DNA from: an uncultured Dermabacteraceae bacterium
GTDB taxonomy: Bacteria; Actinomycetota; Actinomycetes; Actinomycetales; Dermabacteraceae
Length of the DNA: 64,000 nt
Assembly: GCA_943913905.1 (NCBI GenBank)
Contig: CALTZZ010000001.1
Span: 24,542 to 88,541, forward strand
Direction: 5' to 3'
Below the pieces are notes generated by a model. It worked only from the letters and a program-made list of their open reading frames with translations. It was not told the DNA's origin and did not search any database. Each line of letters opens with the position of its first letter. The stretch's first letter is position 1. Below are positions 37,624 through 46,454 of the stretch, one piece after another. The translations under genes were made by a program, and so were the position numbers.

Positions 37624-38343
37624 ATGAACAAGACAAGGCAGACGCGAAAGCTCGCGTTATCCGTACTCTCTTTCATGGCAGCATTGACCATGTGTATCAC
37701 ACCTAGTTTGGCTACAACCCCTTCTAGCAACACTTCTGGTAAAAGTGATGCTGCACTCATCGAGCACATGGATAACAACGGGGTGCTGCCAAAAGACAAG
37801 CAAGCTGGCCTAGTCGCCAAAGTGAAGGCAGGAACCCCCCTCGAGGCCAACACCGCGACGTCGAAACCGATAAAGAAAAACACGTCAATCGAAGATGGGT
37901 TCACAGTGACCCGCGAAGAGTTCTCTGATGGTTCCTTCCTTGAAACAGCTGTCGAATTAGACGAACCCTCGCCTGCTCCCGGCGGTGTGTCTACACGTGC
38001 AATCAAAGGATGCAGTTCTCGAGGCGGCACCGGGTACCGTGCAATGTCCAATTGCCTTGTCTACGCGAACGGCACCACCTATTCCGTGAACTTCCGAGCT
38101 AGCTGGGTATACCAGCAAAACGGCACCGGCCGGATTTCTAAGGTGTGGGACCCAAGCGTCCAGGTCTACCTCGGGACTTTCTCTAACACATCTCTCAAAA
38201 TCACACGTAAGACCTCAACTAGCTCTTCTCCAGCACAAGCTCGCCTCCAGTGGAGGTACACTGCAATGGGCAACGCCGCCCAAGGGGACGCGGCCCTATA
38301 TCTCAATGTAACTGATCGAAAGGCTTCAACTTCAGTGAACTAG
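37624..38343 (+). CDS. secreted hypothetical protein with low-GC codon usage
   Basis: Sec signal peptide (KLALSVLSFMAALTMCITPSLA). Thr/Ser/Asn-rich mature domain with 2 Cys. Preceded by about 480 bp of AT-rich DNA. Confidence 0.6.
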   Translation: MNKTRQTRKLALSVLSFMAALTMCITPSLATTPSSNTSGKSDAALIEHMDNNGVLPKDKQAGLVAKVKAGTPLEANTATSKPIKKNTSIEDGFTVTREEFSDGSFLETAVELDEPSPAPGGVSTRAIKGCSSRGGTGYRAMSNCLVYANGTTYSVNFRASWVYQQNGTGRISKVWDPSVQVYLGTFSNTSLKITRKTSTSSSPAQARLQWRYTAMGNAAQGDAALYLNVTDRKASTSVN

Positions 38344-38389
38344 CTGGACACAGCGAAGTTGATACGAAACAAAAGGAACTAGAACAATC

Positions 38390-38581
38390 ATGAGTGGCGC
38401 TTCCCCGATGGGAATAATCCTTGCCAACATTCTCGTCAATGGCGCAGCAGGAATACTACCAACGATTGCGATCCTCATCGTTGGAGTTCTAATTCTGCGA
38501 CGCCTTCCTAAATCCCCTCGACCGCAAGATAGGGCGAAGGAACCAAGCACCACCCGCACAGAACACAGCGAGGATCGTTAG
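38390..38581 (+). CDS. 63-aa single/dual-TM membrane protein, a putative immunity or accessory protein
   Basis: MGIILANILVNGAAGILPTIAILIVGVLILRRL. Starts 46 nt after the secreted-protein gene. Confidence 0.45.
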   Translation: MSGASPMGIILANILVNGAAGILPTIAILIVGVLILRRLPKSPRPQDRAKEPSTTRTEHSEDR

Positions 38582-38618
38582 AGAGCTACACAGCAAACTA
38601 CTACTCCTCTGCATAAAA

Positions 38619-38661
38619 GATGCACTAGTTCAGAGGGCATTTTCCCTCGAACTAGTGCATC
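38619..38661. terminator. 13-bp perfect-stem hairpin between convergent genes
   Basis: gatgcactagttc-N17-gaactagtgcatc. Confidence 0.45.
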
Positions 38662-38720
38662 GCTCTGCTCAAAACATTTCGCCGCCTAGTAGGACAAGTC
38701 TGACCCCTTATTGCAGGAGG

Positions 38721-39485
38721 TCATAGCGCTCCCAGACGATTCGGGTGCCGTTGCGTTGGGGGCTCTTCCGAGGGTGGCGTGACTTGATAGCCGAGCTCAT
38801 GCAGGCTATCAGCGGCAGCGCCGGGCGCGTCTCGAACTGCGGCTCTAGTCTGAGTTAGCCTCCATTTAATTCGAGCTTCTTTGAGGACTTCAAGGGCATC
38901 ATCTCTGCGGTTGATCCCGAACTCATCGATTAACATTTCTATCAGGTCTTCGAGCGCGGGCCTGAACCTGTGTCCCCCGAGGGGGAAATGCAGGTTTTGA
39001 AGGGTTGGCACCGGACTCTCACTCACACCTATCCGCCCTGGACGCTTCGATGTTCGGCCCGCTCGTACCATTGCATACGTCATTGAGTCACGGTGGGCAT
39101 ACAAATGCATTTGAGCTGCGGGAACGTTCTTAGGCTGGCGTTTGTACTCAACCCTAAAGAGCGGGTTCCGTTGATCTAAGCAACGAACTTCGAAATTCGA
39201 GCCTTCAATGGCGAGAAACTTCGTCTCGAGATCCCAGGTGCACAAGAAATTAGCTTCAAGCCTGAGCAACACTTCGGCGTTACAGGTGAGCGGAACCCCA
39301 CCCTTGTCGCCTTGCCGAACCACCACGCGATCGTTCACGACTTTTGCATTGAAAGGAGCGCACTTAGGCGACACCGGCCGCACAGTAGGTGTTAGGTGCT
39401 CGGCAAATGTTTTCGTCTCGACGCGAAGGGAGGTAAGACTGTCAGTCTCGCCTAAGGAGAAATTCGAGGTCTCGGAGTTCTTCAT
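38721..39485 (-). CDS. hypothetical protein of ~254 aa with no recognisable family, in a low-GC islet
   Basis: ATG 39485 (MKNSETSNFSLGETD...) lies inside the 3' end of the upstream small gene, a 44-nt overlap. The track ORF 38721..39779 has an N-terminal extension in a GC-rich frame that looks spurious. Confidence 0.5.
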   Translation of the reverse strand: MKNSETSNFSLGETDSLTSLRVETKTFAEHLTPTVRPVSPKCAPFNAKVVNDRVVVRQGDKGGVPLTCNAEVLLRLEANFLCTWDLETKFLAIEGSNFEVRCLDQRNPLFRVEYKRQPKNVPAAQMHLYAHRDSMTYAMVRAGRTSKRPGRIGVSESPVPTLQNLHFPLGGHRFRPALEDLIEMLIDEFGINRRDDALEVLKEARIKWRLTQTRAAVRDAPGAAADSLHELGYQVTPPSEEPPTQRHPNRLGAL

Positions 39486-39627
39486 AGCGCACAGCGTCCT
39501 CTCCATCGAGGTCGTAGCGCTCACGCTGAGCCCTAAACCTCTCAAGATCTCCGATCTGGCGTACGAGCCTGTCGTAGCGTTCCTGCGCCTGTTCAGCAGT
39601 GAGGACCTCAACCAAAGTGGTCGCCAT
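39442..39627 (-). CDS. small helical charged protein (61 aa from ATG 39627; 72 aa from GTG 39660), an antitoxin-like partner of the downstream gene
   Basis: MATTLVEVLTAEQAQERYDRLVRQIGDLERFRAQRERYDLDGEDAVRYEELRDLEFLLRRD. RBS agagggggcgcacc precedes ATG 39627. Confidence 0.45.
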   Translation of the reverse strand: MATTLVEVLTAEQAQERYDRLVRQIGDLERFRAQRERYDLDGEDAVRYEELRDLEFLLRRD

Positions 39628-39840
39628 GGTGCGCCCCCTCTCTTTCTCAGTCGTAGACACACCTTAGCTTCGTCGATTGCGAGCACCCCCGCCATATCGA
39701 GGTATGTTCTCGACGGCCACTGGCTCACAAGCCTTCGCACAGGATTAGAACAGTGACCGATTTCTACGACGGTGACCATTAATCACTCACTAGCAGCCAG
39801 GCTTCATGCCCTAGTCTTCGCCCACTACCGCTACTCGGAT

Positions 39841-40059
39841 TCATTCTCCTGGCACCCCGGCTTCCGGTTCACAACACCGGCCAGGATCGGCGTCCCGAGG
39901 AGTGCGAGCACGTACAGGCCCCACCCCGATGACCCCACGCCATTCGAGGTCGGTGAAGTTGAGAATAATGGTCCCCGAGAACATGAGAAGAGCGATCACG
40001 GACGCGATGATCACGGTCAATAGCCGTTGGTGGCGCATCTTTCGATCGTATCGAAGCAC
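39841..40059 (-). CDS. possible small membrane protein (72 aa)
   Basis: Single ORF with one clear TM helix (LLTVIIASVIALLMFSGTIIL). No other support. Confidence 0.25.
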   Translation of the reverse strand: MLRYDRKMRHQRLLTVIIASVIALLMFSGTIILNFTDLEWRGVIGVGPVRARTPRDADPGRCCEPEAGVPGE

Positions 40060-40128
40060 ACAGTCGGGTCCAGGGCCCGTCGGCCCGCTCCGATCATCGG
40101 ACGGGGCGGCCCGTCTCCCCCGGCGAGG

Positions 40129-41433
40129 CTAGGCGGCGCGGAGTTCGCGGCGGCGCAGTGTCACGTGGAATGCCCATGCGAGCCCGCCGAGTGTGGTGAG
40201 GCCGAGTGCGCCGAGGGCGAGGGCGATGAGGGAGTGTGCGAGGAACGGCACGAGGACCCCGGAGATGAGTGCCGCTCCGGCGAGGTTCATGAACGTCATG
40301 ATGCTGGTGGCGGCGCCGCGTTCGCGCGGGAACAGGTCGAGTGCTTCGAGCTGGAGCGGGGCCATCATGAGTGACGATCCGAGGCCCAAGAACAGCGGCC
40401 CAGCCATGATGACGAGGTGCCAGAGGCCGAACTCTTGGCCCAGTTCGGGGACGATCGAGTTGAGGGTCACGGCGATGACGGCGCCCGTGAATGAGGTGGC
40501 GAAGGCGATGGTGATGAGTCGCGTGCGGGTGAGCGCGTATGCGAGGCGGCCCACGAGGTAGGAGCCGGTGATCATTCCCATGATGATGGGGACGAACAGC
40601 ACCCAGTAGTCCTGCTCGCCCAGGTGCATGAGGTTGGGGACGATCACGGGGGCGGCGCTAATGAATACGAAGTGGGCGCTGCCGGAGAGGGCGAGCGGAA
40701 TGCAGATCCGCCACAGGAGGCCCGAGCGCGAGACGCGGCTCAGCGACGCGAAGATGCTGCGGGCGGAGAACGGGAGACGCTTTTCCGGTGGCAGGGTCTC
40801 GGGAATCTTCACGAGCAACACGATGAGGGTCACGAGCGCGTAGACCATCATTGCGCCGAAGATCCAGCGCCACGGTCCCAGGAGCAGCACCCAGCCACCC
40901 ACGATCGGGGCCACGGCGGGGGCCACGGCGAAGATCATCATGACCTGGCTCATGAGCTTCTGCGCGCGTCCACCGCCATACAAGTCACGGATGACAACGC
41001 GGGAAATAATCGTGGCGCCGCCTGCGCTGAGGCCCTGCAGGATGCGGAACAGGATCACGAGGCCCAGGTGCGGCGAGAGCGCAGCACCGAAAGCCGCGAG
41101 CGCGTACACGATGAGAGCTGTGCCCATCACGCGCTTGCGCCCGAGGGCGTCTGACAGCGGGCCGTGGAAGATGCTCATCACGGCGAACGAGAGCAGGTAC
41201 GAGCTGGTGATCTGCTGCATCGCAGCCACATCAGCGTTGAATTCGCGGGCCATTTTCGGGAAGCCCGGGAAAATCATGTCGATCGTGAAGGGTCCGAGCA
41301 TCGACAGCATCGCCACGGAAAAGATGAAGACCGGGCTCACTTTTTCGGTGTGGCCCAGGCTGAGGCGCAGTGCCGCTGTCTCGGTAAGGGGTTCGCTTTC
41401 TGGCTGTTCGGGGGTCACGATCTCGTTCTGCAC
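40129..41433 (-). CDS. MFS transporter (Bcr/CflA-type drug efflux subfamily)
   Basis: 12-TM. MFS motif GPLSDALGRKRV and drug:H+ antiporter-like organisation. Confidence 0.8.
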   Translation of the reverse strand: MQNEIVTPEQPESEPLTETAALRLSLGHTEKVSPVFIFSVAMLSMLGPFTIDMIFPGFPKMAREFNADVAAMQQITSSYLLSFAVMSIFHGPLSDALGRKRVMGTALIVYALAAFGAALSPHLGLVILFRILQGLSAGGATIISRVVIRDLYGGGRAQKLMSQVMMIFAVAPAVAPIVGGWVLLLGPWRWIFGAMMVYALVTLIVLLVKIPETLPPEKRLPFSARSIFASLSRVSRSGLLWRICIPLALSGSAHFVFISAAPVIVPNLMHLGEQDYWVLFVPIIMGMITGSYLVGRLAYALTRTRLITIAFATSFTGAVIAVTLNSIVPELGQEFGLWHLVIMAGPLFLGLGSSLMMAPLQLEALDLFPRERGAATSIMTFMNLAGAALISGVLVPFLAHSLIALALGALGLTTLGGLAWAFHVTLRRRELRAA

Positions 41434-41447
41434 CGAACCATACTAAG

Positions 41448-42896
41448 TTGCATTCAATGCAAAGTCTCGCGAGTGAGACGATTGACCCAGACATGACTCT
41501 CTCGCCTGCCGGATCGCGAATGCCACGCCGCTCAATTCTTCGCTCAGCCGCCACGTTCGCCACGGCGGGAATTGGTGCTGCCGCCACGCTCTCGCTCACG
41601 GCAAGCTCCCGCCGCGACCTCGAATCCCAGCTTCCGCTGTACTCGGAAACGGTCGCATTCGTGGATGCCGGGGTGTTTACCCGCACCTCGAACCCGCTCG
41701 CGCCGGGTGCCATCCGCGGGGTTCGGCGCACTGCGTGGAAGTCGGGTTCCGTTCCTCTCGTGCCGGGCACACGGGTTCAAGAGGACGCCGTCGGCCTGGA
41801 GGCCCTCGTGCACGCCACGGAGGGGTTCATGAATGCCACCCGTCTCGCGGGGTCCCCCGATCCGGACCTGGAGGCATCAGCGCTACTCGACCTGCATTCG
41901 CTCACGTGGGCACTGCCATCACCCATTGCCGGGTGGAGCAACAATTGGCGATACACGTGGCCCCGCGATGCCGCGCATGTGCTGGTGGCCTTGCATGAGC
42001 GCGGGCAGACGGAGTGGGCACTCGACTTGCTCGAGGGGCTTGCACGAATGCAGCGACCCGACGGCAGTTTCCATGCGCGCTACATTCCCGGCACGAACCG
42101 CACGCCGGATGACCGCCCTGCCCAGTTCGACGGCGTGGGGTGGCTAGCGTGGGCAGCGGGCCGCGTGCTCGCTAAGGGCACGGGGCCGACGGCGACCACC
42201 TCCCCCGCTGCGTCCGCGTCACCTCAGCTTGTGCGGGCCCTCAAGCGAGCCGCTGACGCTTTGATGGCAGCGACGGAAACTCGGTCACATTTGCCCGCGG
42301 CGAGCCCCGACTATTGGGAGAAACACGAATGGCAGTTGCCGCTGTCGGTTGCGGCGATGACGCTTGCGGGCCTGCGCGCCTGCACCCGGTTGGCGAATGC
42401 ATCCGTCATTGACTCTGACGGGTCGGCTCTCGCGGCCCGTGCAGACGCCGTCGACGACGCGATCGCTCGCTCCTTCGGGAGGCACGGCTACCAGCGGTAT
42501 CGCCGCGGTGGTGGGGCCGACGCCGGCCTGCTCATGCTGCTGCCGCCGTACGCCACGGCGCCTGCGGCTGGGATCGATACCGAGGACCGGGCGTTCGATT
42601 TGCTGGAGGGTGCGTTCGACGCCATGAGCCGCCCTGCGGGCGGCGTGGCTCCGGCTGCCTCGTGGAAGCGCGACGGGGTCTCGTGGACTCCACAGACCGC
42701 GATGTTCGCCCGCGCATTCGCGGGCATTGGAGCTTTGGATGAGGCGGAGTCGCTGCTGTCGTGGCTCGCCAACCATCGCACGCAGCCGAGGTCGCTGAGT
42801 GAAAAAGTTCTCGCGAACGGCATCCCGGCCACAGTTTCGCCACTCGCCTGGCCCGCGGCCACAACCCTGAGCACTCTCACCGCGCTCAAAAGATGA
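41448..42896 (+). CDS. Tat-secreted glycoside hydrolase family 15 (glucoamylase/trehalase-like)
   Basis: Tat motif RRSILRSAATFATAG. GH15 block YTWPRDAAHV and an (alpha/alpha)6 barrel-like length. Confidence 0.7.
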   Translation: MHSMQSLASETIDPDMTLSPAGSRMPRRSILRSAATFATAGIGAAATLSLTASSRRDLESQLPLYSETVAFVDAGVFTRTSNPLAPGAIRGVRRTAWKSGSVPLVPGTRVQEDAVGLEALVHATEGFMNATRLAGSPDPDLEASALLDLHSLTWALPSPIAGWSNNWRYTWPRDAAHVLVALHERGQTEWALDLLEGLARMQRPDGSFHARYIPGTNRTPDDRPAQFDGVGWLAWAAGRVLAKGTGPTATTSPAASASPQLVRALKRAADALMAATETRSHLPAASPDYWEKHEWQLPLSVAAMTLAGLRACTRLANASVIDSDGSALAARADAVDDAIARSFGRHGYQRYRRGGGADAGLLMLLPPYATAPAAGIDTEDRAFDLLEGAFDAMSRPAGGVAPAASWKRDGVSWTPQTAMFARAFAGIGALDEAESLLSWLANHRTQPRSLSEKVLANGIPATVSPLAWPAATTLSTLTALKR

Positions 42897-42915
42897 ATAA
42901 TCAACCCATGGACAG

Positions 42916-43540
42916 ATGAGCATTCGTCCGCAGTGTCGCAACTGCGGCGGGAGCGAGCGCAACACTGAGTGCGCTCAGTGCCTGCGGATCATCTATAGCT
43001 CCGGAGGCGGCGGTTGCCCCTTCCACAGCTCCACTCGCGAGTCCTGAGATAGGCACAGAATTACGCACTGTCTTCGATTCCCATGGCATCACGGGAGAAA
43101 CCATCCGCGAGGTCATTGACTCTTTCGATGCGCTCCCCCGCCCGCGTCCCCTCGCCATCACAGCATCAGTCTCCCCCATGCTCATCTCCATTACTGACGC
43201 CACATCACACTTCGCGGTATCGCTCACCGATCAACCGTTCTACCTCTCGCTTGCCCCGTACCGCACGTACACCCATCCGTGCCGGGATCATTCGCTGGGG
43301 GGATGCCAAGGGGAGCTCGCGGATACGGATCTGCATGTGTTGATCGAATCGGATTCCGGCGACACCCTGGTGGATGCGAACGCCACTACGTACGAGAACG
43401 GCTTTGCCGGATTCTGGGTTGCCCGAGACCACAAGGGAACCGTGACCGTCACGACCGAAACCGAACGGGCCACCGCCCGATTCGATTCGAGCACGAACGG
43501 TTCCACGTGCCTCACCGACCTGAAGCTCACGGCTGCGTAA
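42916..43540 (+). pseudogene. lipoprotein gene with a +1 frameshift at codon 5
   Basis: ATG 42916 reads MSIR then shifts frame. Frame +1 from 42920 encodes a textbook lipoprotein leader ...SVATAAGASATLSALSACGSS (lipobox LSAC) and continues into track ORF 43178..43540. Deleting one C in cgtccgc gives MSIRRSVATAAG... Confidence 0.6.
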
Positions 43541-43573
43541 ACACCAGGCCTGACGGCGCCCTCACCGGCACCG

Positions 43574-44266
43574 TCACCGCGGGAAAGTAGGGGCCACTGA
43601 ACCAGCGGCTCGCTCAAGCTTGCGCGCGACCACGAGCAGGTCTTGAAGCTCAGCCTGTTCGCCGTCTGGCCCCGTGGCCGCGCGCAGCACCACGTCGGCG
43701 CGATCCACCCGCAGGCTCGGCACGCCAGACAGGATGGCACGCTCCGAGTCCGCGGTGGGCATGGGGGCATGCTGCGCATTTTCCTTCAGACTCGTTGCCC
43801 ACGGCGGCGGGGCAGCGTGTGACAGCAGAACGATGGACCCGTCACTGGCAAGCGAAGCCGCCACACGGCGAATGATCCCCTCGCGGTCGAGCCCGATCTT
43901 CGACTGGAAAAACGAGGCCGTCACCAGGTCGTACGTTTCTTTCGGGCACCACTGCTCCAGGTCCTCTGCCACAAACCGAACTCCGGAAACCCCCTCGGTT
44001 GCCGCTCGCTCGCGTGCACGTTCAATCGCGACAGTGGAGACGTCGACGCCGTCGGCCACCCACCCCCGACCAGCCAGCCACAGCACGTCGCCGCCCTCGC
44101 CGCATCCAAGATCCAGGCTGCGCCCGCCCGCCGCACCGCCACGGTCACGCTCGATCCCTTCCACAGCGGTCGCCAGCGTTGCGTTCACATTCCCCGACCA
44201 CAGCGCCGGGCATTCCCGATAGCGTTCATCCCAATGCTCAGCCGCGTCCACGTCATGTTCATTCAT
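43574..44266 (-). CDS. class I SAM-dependent methyltransferase
   Basis: ATG 44266 (MNEHDVDAAEHWDERY...). Motif I LDLGCGEGGD. Confidence 0.75.
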   Translation of the reverse strand: MNEHDVDAAEHWDERYRECPALWSGNVNATLATAVEGIERDRGGAAGGRSLDLGCGEGGDVLWLAGRGWVADGVDVSTVAIERARERAATEGVSGVRFVAEDLEQWCPKETYDLVTASFFQSKIGLDREGIIRRVAASLASDGSIVLLSHAAPPPWATSLKENAQHAPMPTADSERAILSGVPSLRVDRADVVLRAATGPDGEQAELQDLLVVARKLERAAGSVAPTFPR

Positions 44267-44347
44267 GGTCCTCACGGTACGACTCGGCCGGGGTTTAGGG
44301 TTAATAAGTGGAGTCAACGACGATCCATACCAACGCCAGGAGGAACG

Positions 44348-45034
44348 ATGAACAACCGCCACACGTCAGGCATTGATCTGCGCGGCGAGCGCATCAACTA
44401 CACGCAAGGAAAGCTCAGCGAGAACCGCGCCGGGAACGACCCGCACACACTGTTTGACGAATGGCTGCAGGATGCGATCCTTCGCCGCGACCAGGAAGGT
44501 GACCTCCTGGAACCCAACGCCATGGTGCTTTCGACCATGAACCCCGAAACCGAATGGCCCGATTCGCGCGTGGTGCTCCTCAAAGGGCACGAGGGTGGAA
44601 AGTTCGTGTTCTTCGGCAACTACGAATCCCAAAAGGGCCACGACCTCGACGTTAACCGCAAGGCTGCCCTCAACTTCTCGTGGCTGCCGATCCAGCGCCA
44701 GGTGCGCATCCAGGGCAAGGTGCGCCGCGTGAGCACCGAAGAATCGGACTCCTACTTCAAGGTCCGCCCCCGCGGTTCGCAGATCGGAGCCTGGGCTAGT
44801 TCACAGTCCGACGTCGTCGATTCACCAGACGAGCTCGCCAAGGCGTACGAGCGTGCCGAGCAGCGCTTCGGCACCGGCGACGTACCGCGCCCGAACTACT
44901 GGGGCGGTTGGGCTCTGACCCCGCACCGTTTCGAGTTCTGGCAGGGCGGTTCATCGCGCCTGCACGACCGCATCGTATTCACCCTCGCCGGTGACAGTTC
45001 TGGCCGTTGGGTGGTGTCACGCCTCGCGCCGTGA
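44348..45034 (+). CDS. pdxH: pyridoxamine 5'-phosphate oxidase
   Basis: ATG 44348 with aggaacg RBS. PdxH blocks NAMVLSTMNPETEWPDSRVVLLKG...RIQGKV...YF..RPRGSQIGAWAS.QS...L..HRFEFWQGG.SRLHDR. Confidence 0.9.
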   Translation: MNNRHTSGIDLRGERINYTQGKLSENRAGNDPHTLFDEWLQDAILRRDQEGDLLEPNAMVLSTMNPETEWPDSRVVLLKGHEGGKFVFFGNYESQKGHDLDVNRKAALNFSWLPIQRQVRIQGKVRRVSTEESDSYFKVRPRGSQIGAWASSQSDVVDSPDELAKAYERAEQRFGTGDVPRPNYWGGWALTPHRFEFWQGGSSRLHDRIVFTLAGDSSGRWVVSRLAP

Positions 45035-45193
45035 TTCGGTGCGGTGGATCAAGTCACGGCCACGTAAGAAACGCCTGCCTGTTCTGGTAAAAGTAGTGCG
45101 GTGACCCCACCAGACACCACGCCCACATACCGCGCGGACGGCACGGACAGCACGGACACGCGTCCCATTGATGCCTCCCGCTCGCGCGGCTGG

Positions 45194-45598
45194 ATGTTTC
45201 TCGCGTTCGCGGTGGTCTCGGAAGTGTTGGCCACACTGTGCCTCAGAGGAGCGCTTGACCAACCGCTCCTCTATGCCGTTGTGGTGGCGGGATACGTTGC
45301 GGCCTTCACAGCCCTCTCATTCGCGCTGCGCACCGGGCTGGGTCTCGGCATCGCCTACGGAGTATGGGGCGCGTCTGGCGTGGTGCTCACTGCGATCGCT
45401 TCCATGCTGCTTTTCGGCGAGCCCATGACGCTCACCATGTGGGGCGGCATCGGCCTCGTGGTGGCCGGGGTTTTGTGCGTTGAGCTGGGGTCGCAGCATG
45501 CTCACAGCGCCGATGCCCTCGCCGCCGCTACCCTCGCGACCGGCGAATTCCCCGTTATTGAGGCCGAAGCAGACTACGTGGCGGGTGATGCCCGATGA
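45194..45598 (+). CDS. SMR-family exporter subunit (first of a pair)
   Basis: 4-TM SMR fold with conserved membrane Glu (AVVSEVLATL). Confidence 0.7.
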   Translation: MFLAFAVVSEVLATLCLRGALDQPLLYAVVVAGYVAAFTALSFALRTGLGLGIAYGVWGASGVVLTAIASMLLFGEPMTLTMWGGIGLVVAGVLCVELGSQHAHSADALAAATLATGEFPVIEAEADYVAGDAR

Positions 45599-45915
45599 CG
45601 TGGCTTTTCCTCGCTCTCGCCATCGCCACCGAGGTGTGCTCCACACTGGCCCTTCGTCTTGTGTCCGACGGCAAGAAACTATTCCTCCCCGTGGTCGTGG
45701 GCGGCTACGCGCTCGCGTTCGTCTTTATTACGATCTCGCTGGCCCACGGCATGCCACTAGGCGTGGCATACGGCGTCTGGGTGGCAGCAGGAGTGGCCAT
45801 CACCGCGCTCCTCTCCAAGCTCCTTTTTGGCGAACCGCTCAATTGGCTCATGGGCCTCGGGATCGCGCTCATCGGCGCGGGAGTGCTGCTCATCGAAATG
45901 GGCGGGGCGCACTAG
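45595..45915 (+). CDS. SMR-family exporter subunit (second of a pair)
   Basis: 106 aa. ALAIATEVCSTLALRL with the conserved Glu. Overlaps the first subunit by atga. Confidence 0.8.
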   Translation: MTWLFLALAIATEVCSTLALRLVSDGKKLFLPVVVGGYALAFVFITISLAHGMPLGVAYGVWVAAGVAITALLSKLLFGEPLNWLMGLGIALIGAGVLLIEMGGAH

Positions 45916-46004
45916 CGGGCGCAGGATTCATCCGGGTGGGTCTTGCGTGCAAGGTGCGGGCATAAGCCCGAGCTTCAACAGCGCACAAAGAATCGACGGG
46001 AAGT

Positions 46005-46316
46005 TCATTCGACGCGCAGGTCTGGGAAAGACGCCGCCGCATTGCTCGCGTCTGCCGCGGTAGCGGGCCGGACCTCGACCCGCTTCTTCTGCTCGGTGCG
46101 TTCCGACGGGTTCGACGCATCGAAAGACACGAGCGGATCGTCGTCTGGTTCAACCACAAGGGTCGTCTCGGGCTGAATCGGCGGCCTCGACACGGCTTCA
46201 TCGCGCATACGGTCATTCGCCATCTCGCCGGGTGCGTTCCCTGATGAACTCTGCATGAGGGTTCTAAGAACGTGCCCCAGCCTCGTCTTTAATCCCATTG
46301 GTACTCCGTCGTTCAT
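46005..46316 (-). CDS. small acidic hypothetical protein
   Basis: 103-aa ORF in an otherwise empty 540-bp gap. Normal GC. Confidence 0.25.
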   Translation of the reverse strand: MNDGVPMGLKTRLGHVLRTLMQSSSGNAPGEMANDRMRDEAVSRPPIQPETTLVVEPDDDPLVSFDASNPSERTEQKKRVEVRPATAADASNAAASFPDLRVE

Positions 46317-46454
46317 TGTCGGGTCTGCAGCGTTGCAACGCGCCGCGCAGCCCCCACTGCACGACTCAATCTACTCCGAGAGTCGTACACGCTGACCTCG
46401 AAACAACACCACAGCCGGGTGCTCGACTGTCATTACGCCCGTTAGCCTCGAGGA

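Noticed and set aside
42916-43047. 43-aa Cys-rich ORF MSIRPQCRNCGGSERNTECAQCLRIIYSSGGGGCPFHSSTRES as a possible small metal-binding or RiPP-like peptide.
   Set aside because: The +1 frame over the same bases encodes a textbook lipoprotein signal that continues into a 200-aa ORF. A single-base frameshift explains it better than a novel peptide.
45035-45193. Guanidine (ykkC or mini-ykkC) riboswitch upstream of the paired SMR genes, suggested by repeated cacgga/ACGG motifs.
   Set aside because: No pair of ACGR-loop hairpins and no ykkC-like conserved core could be folded by eye. Needs an Rfam/Infernal scan.
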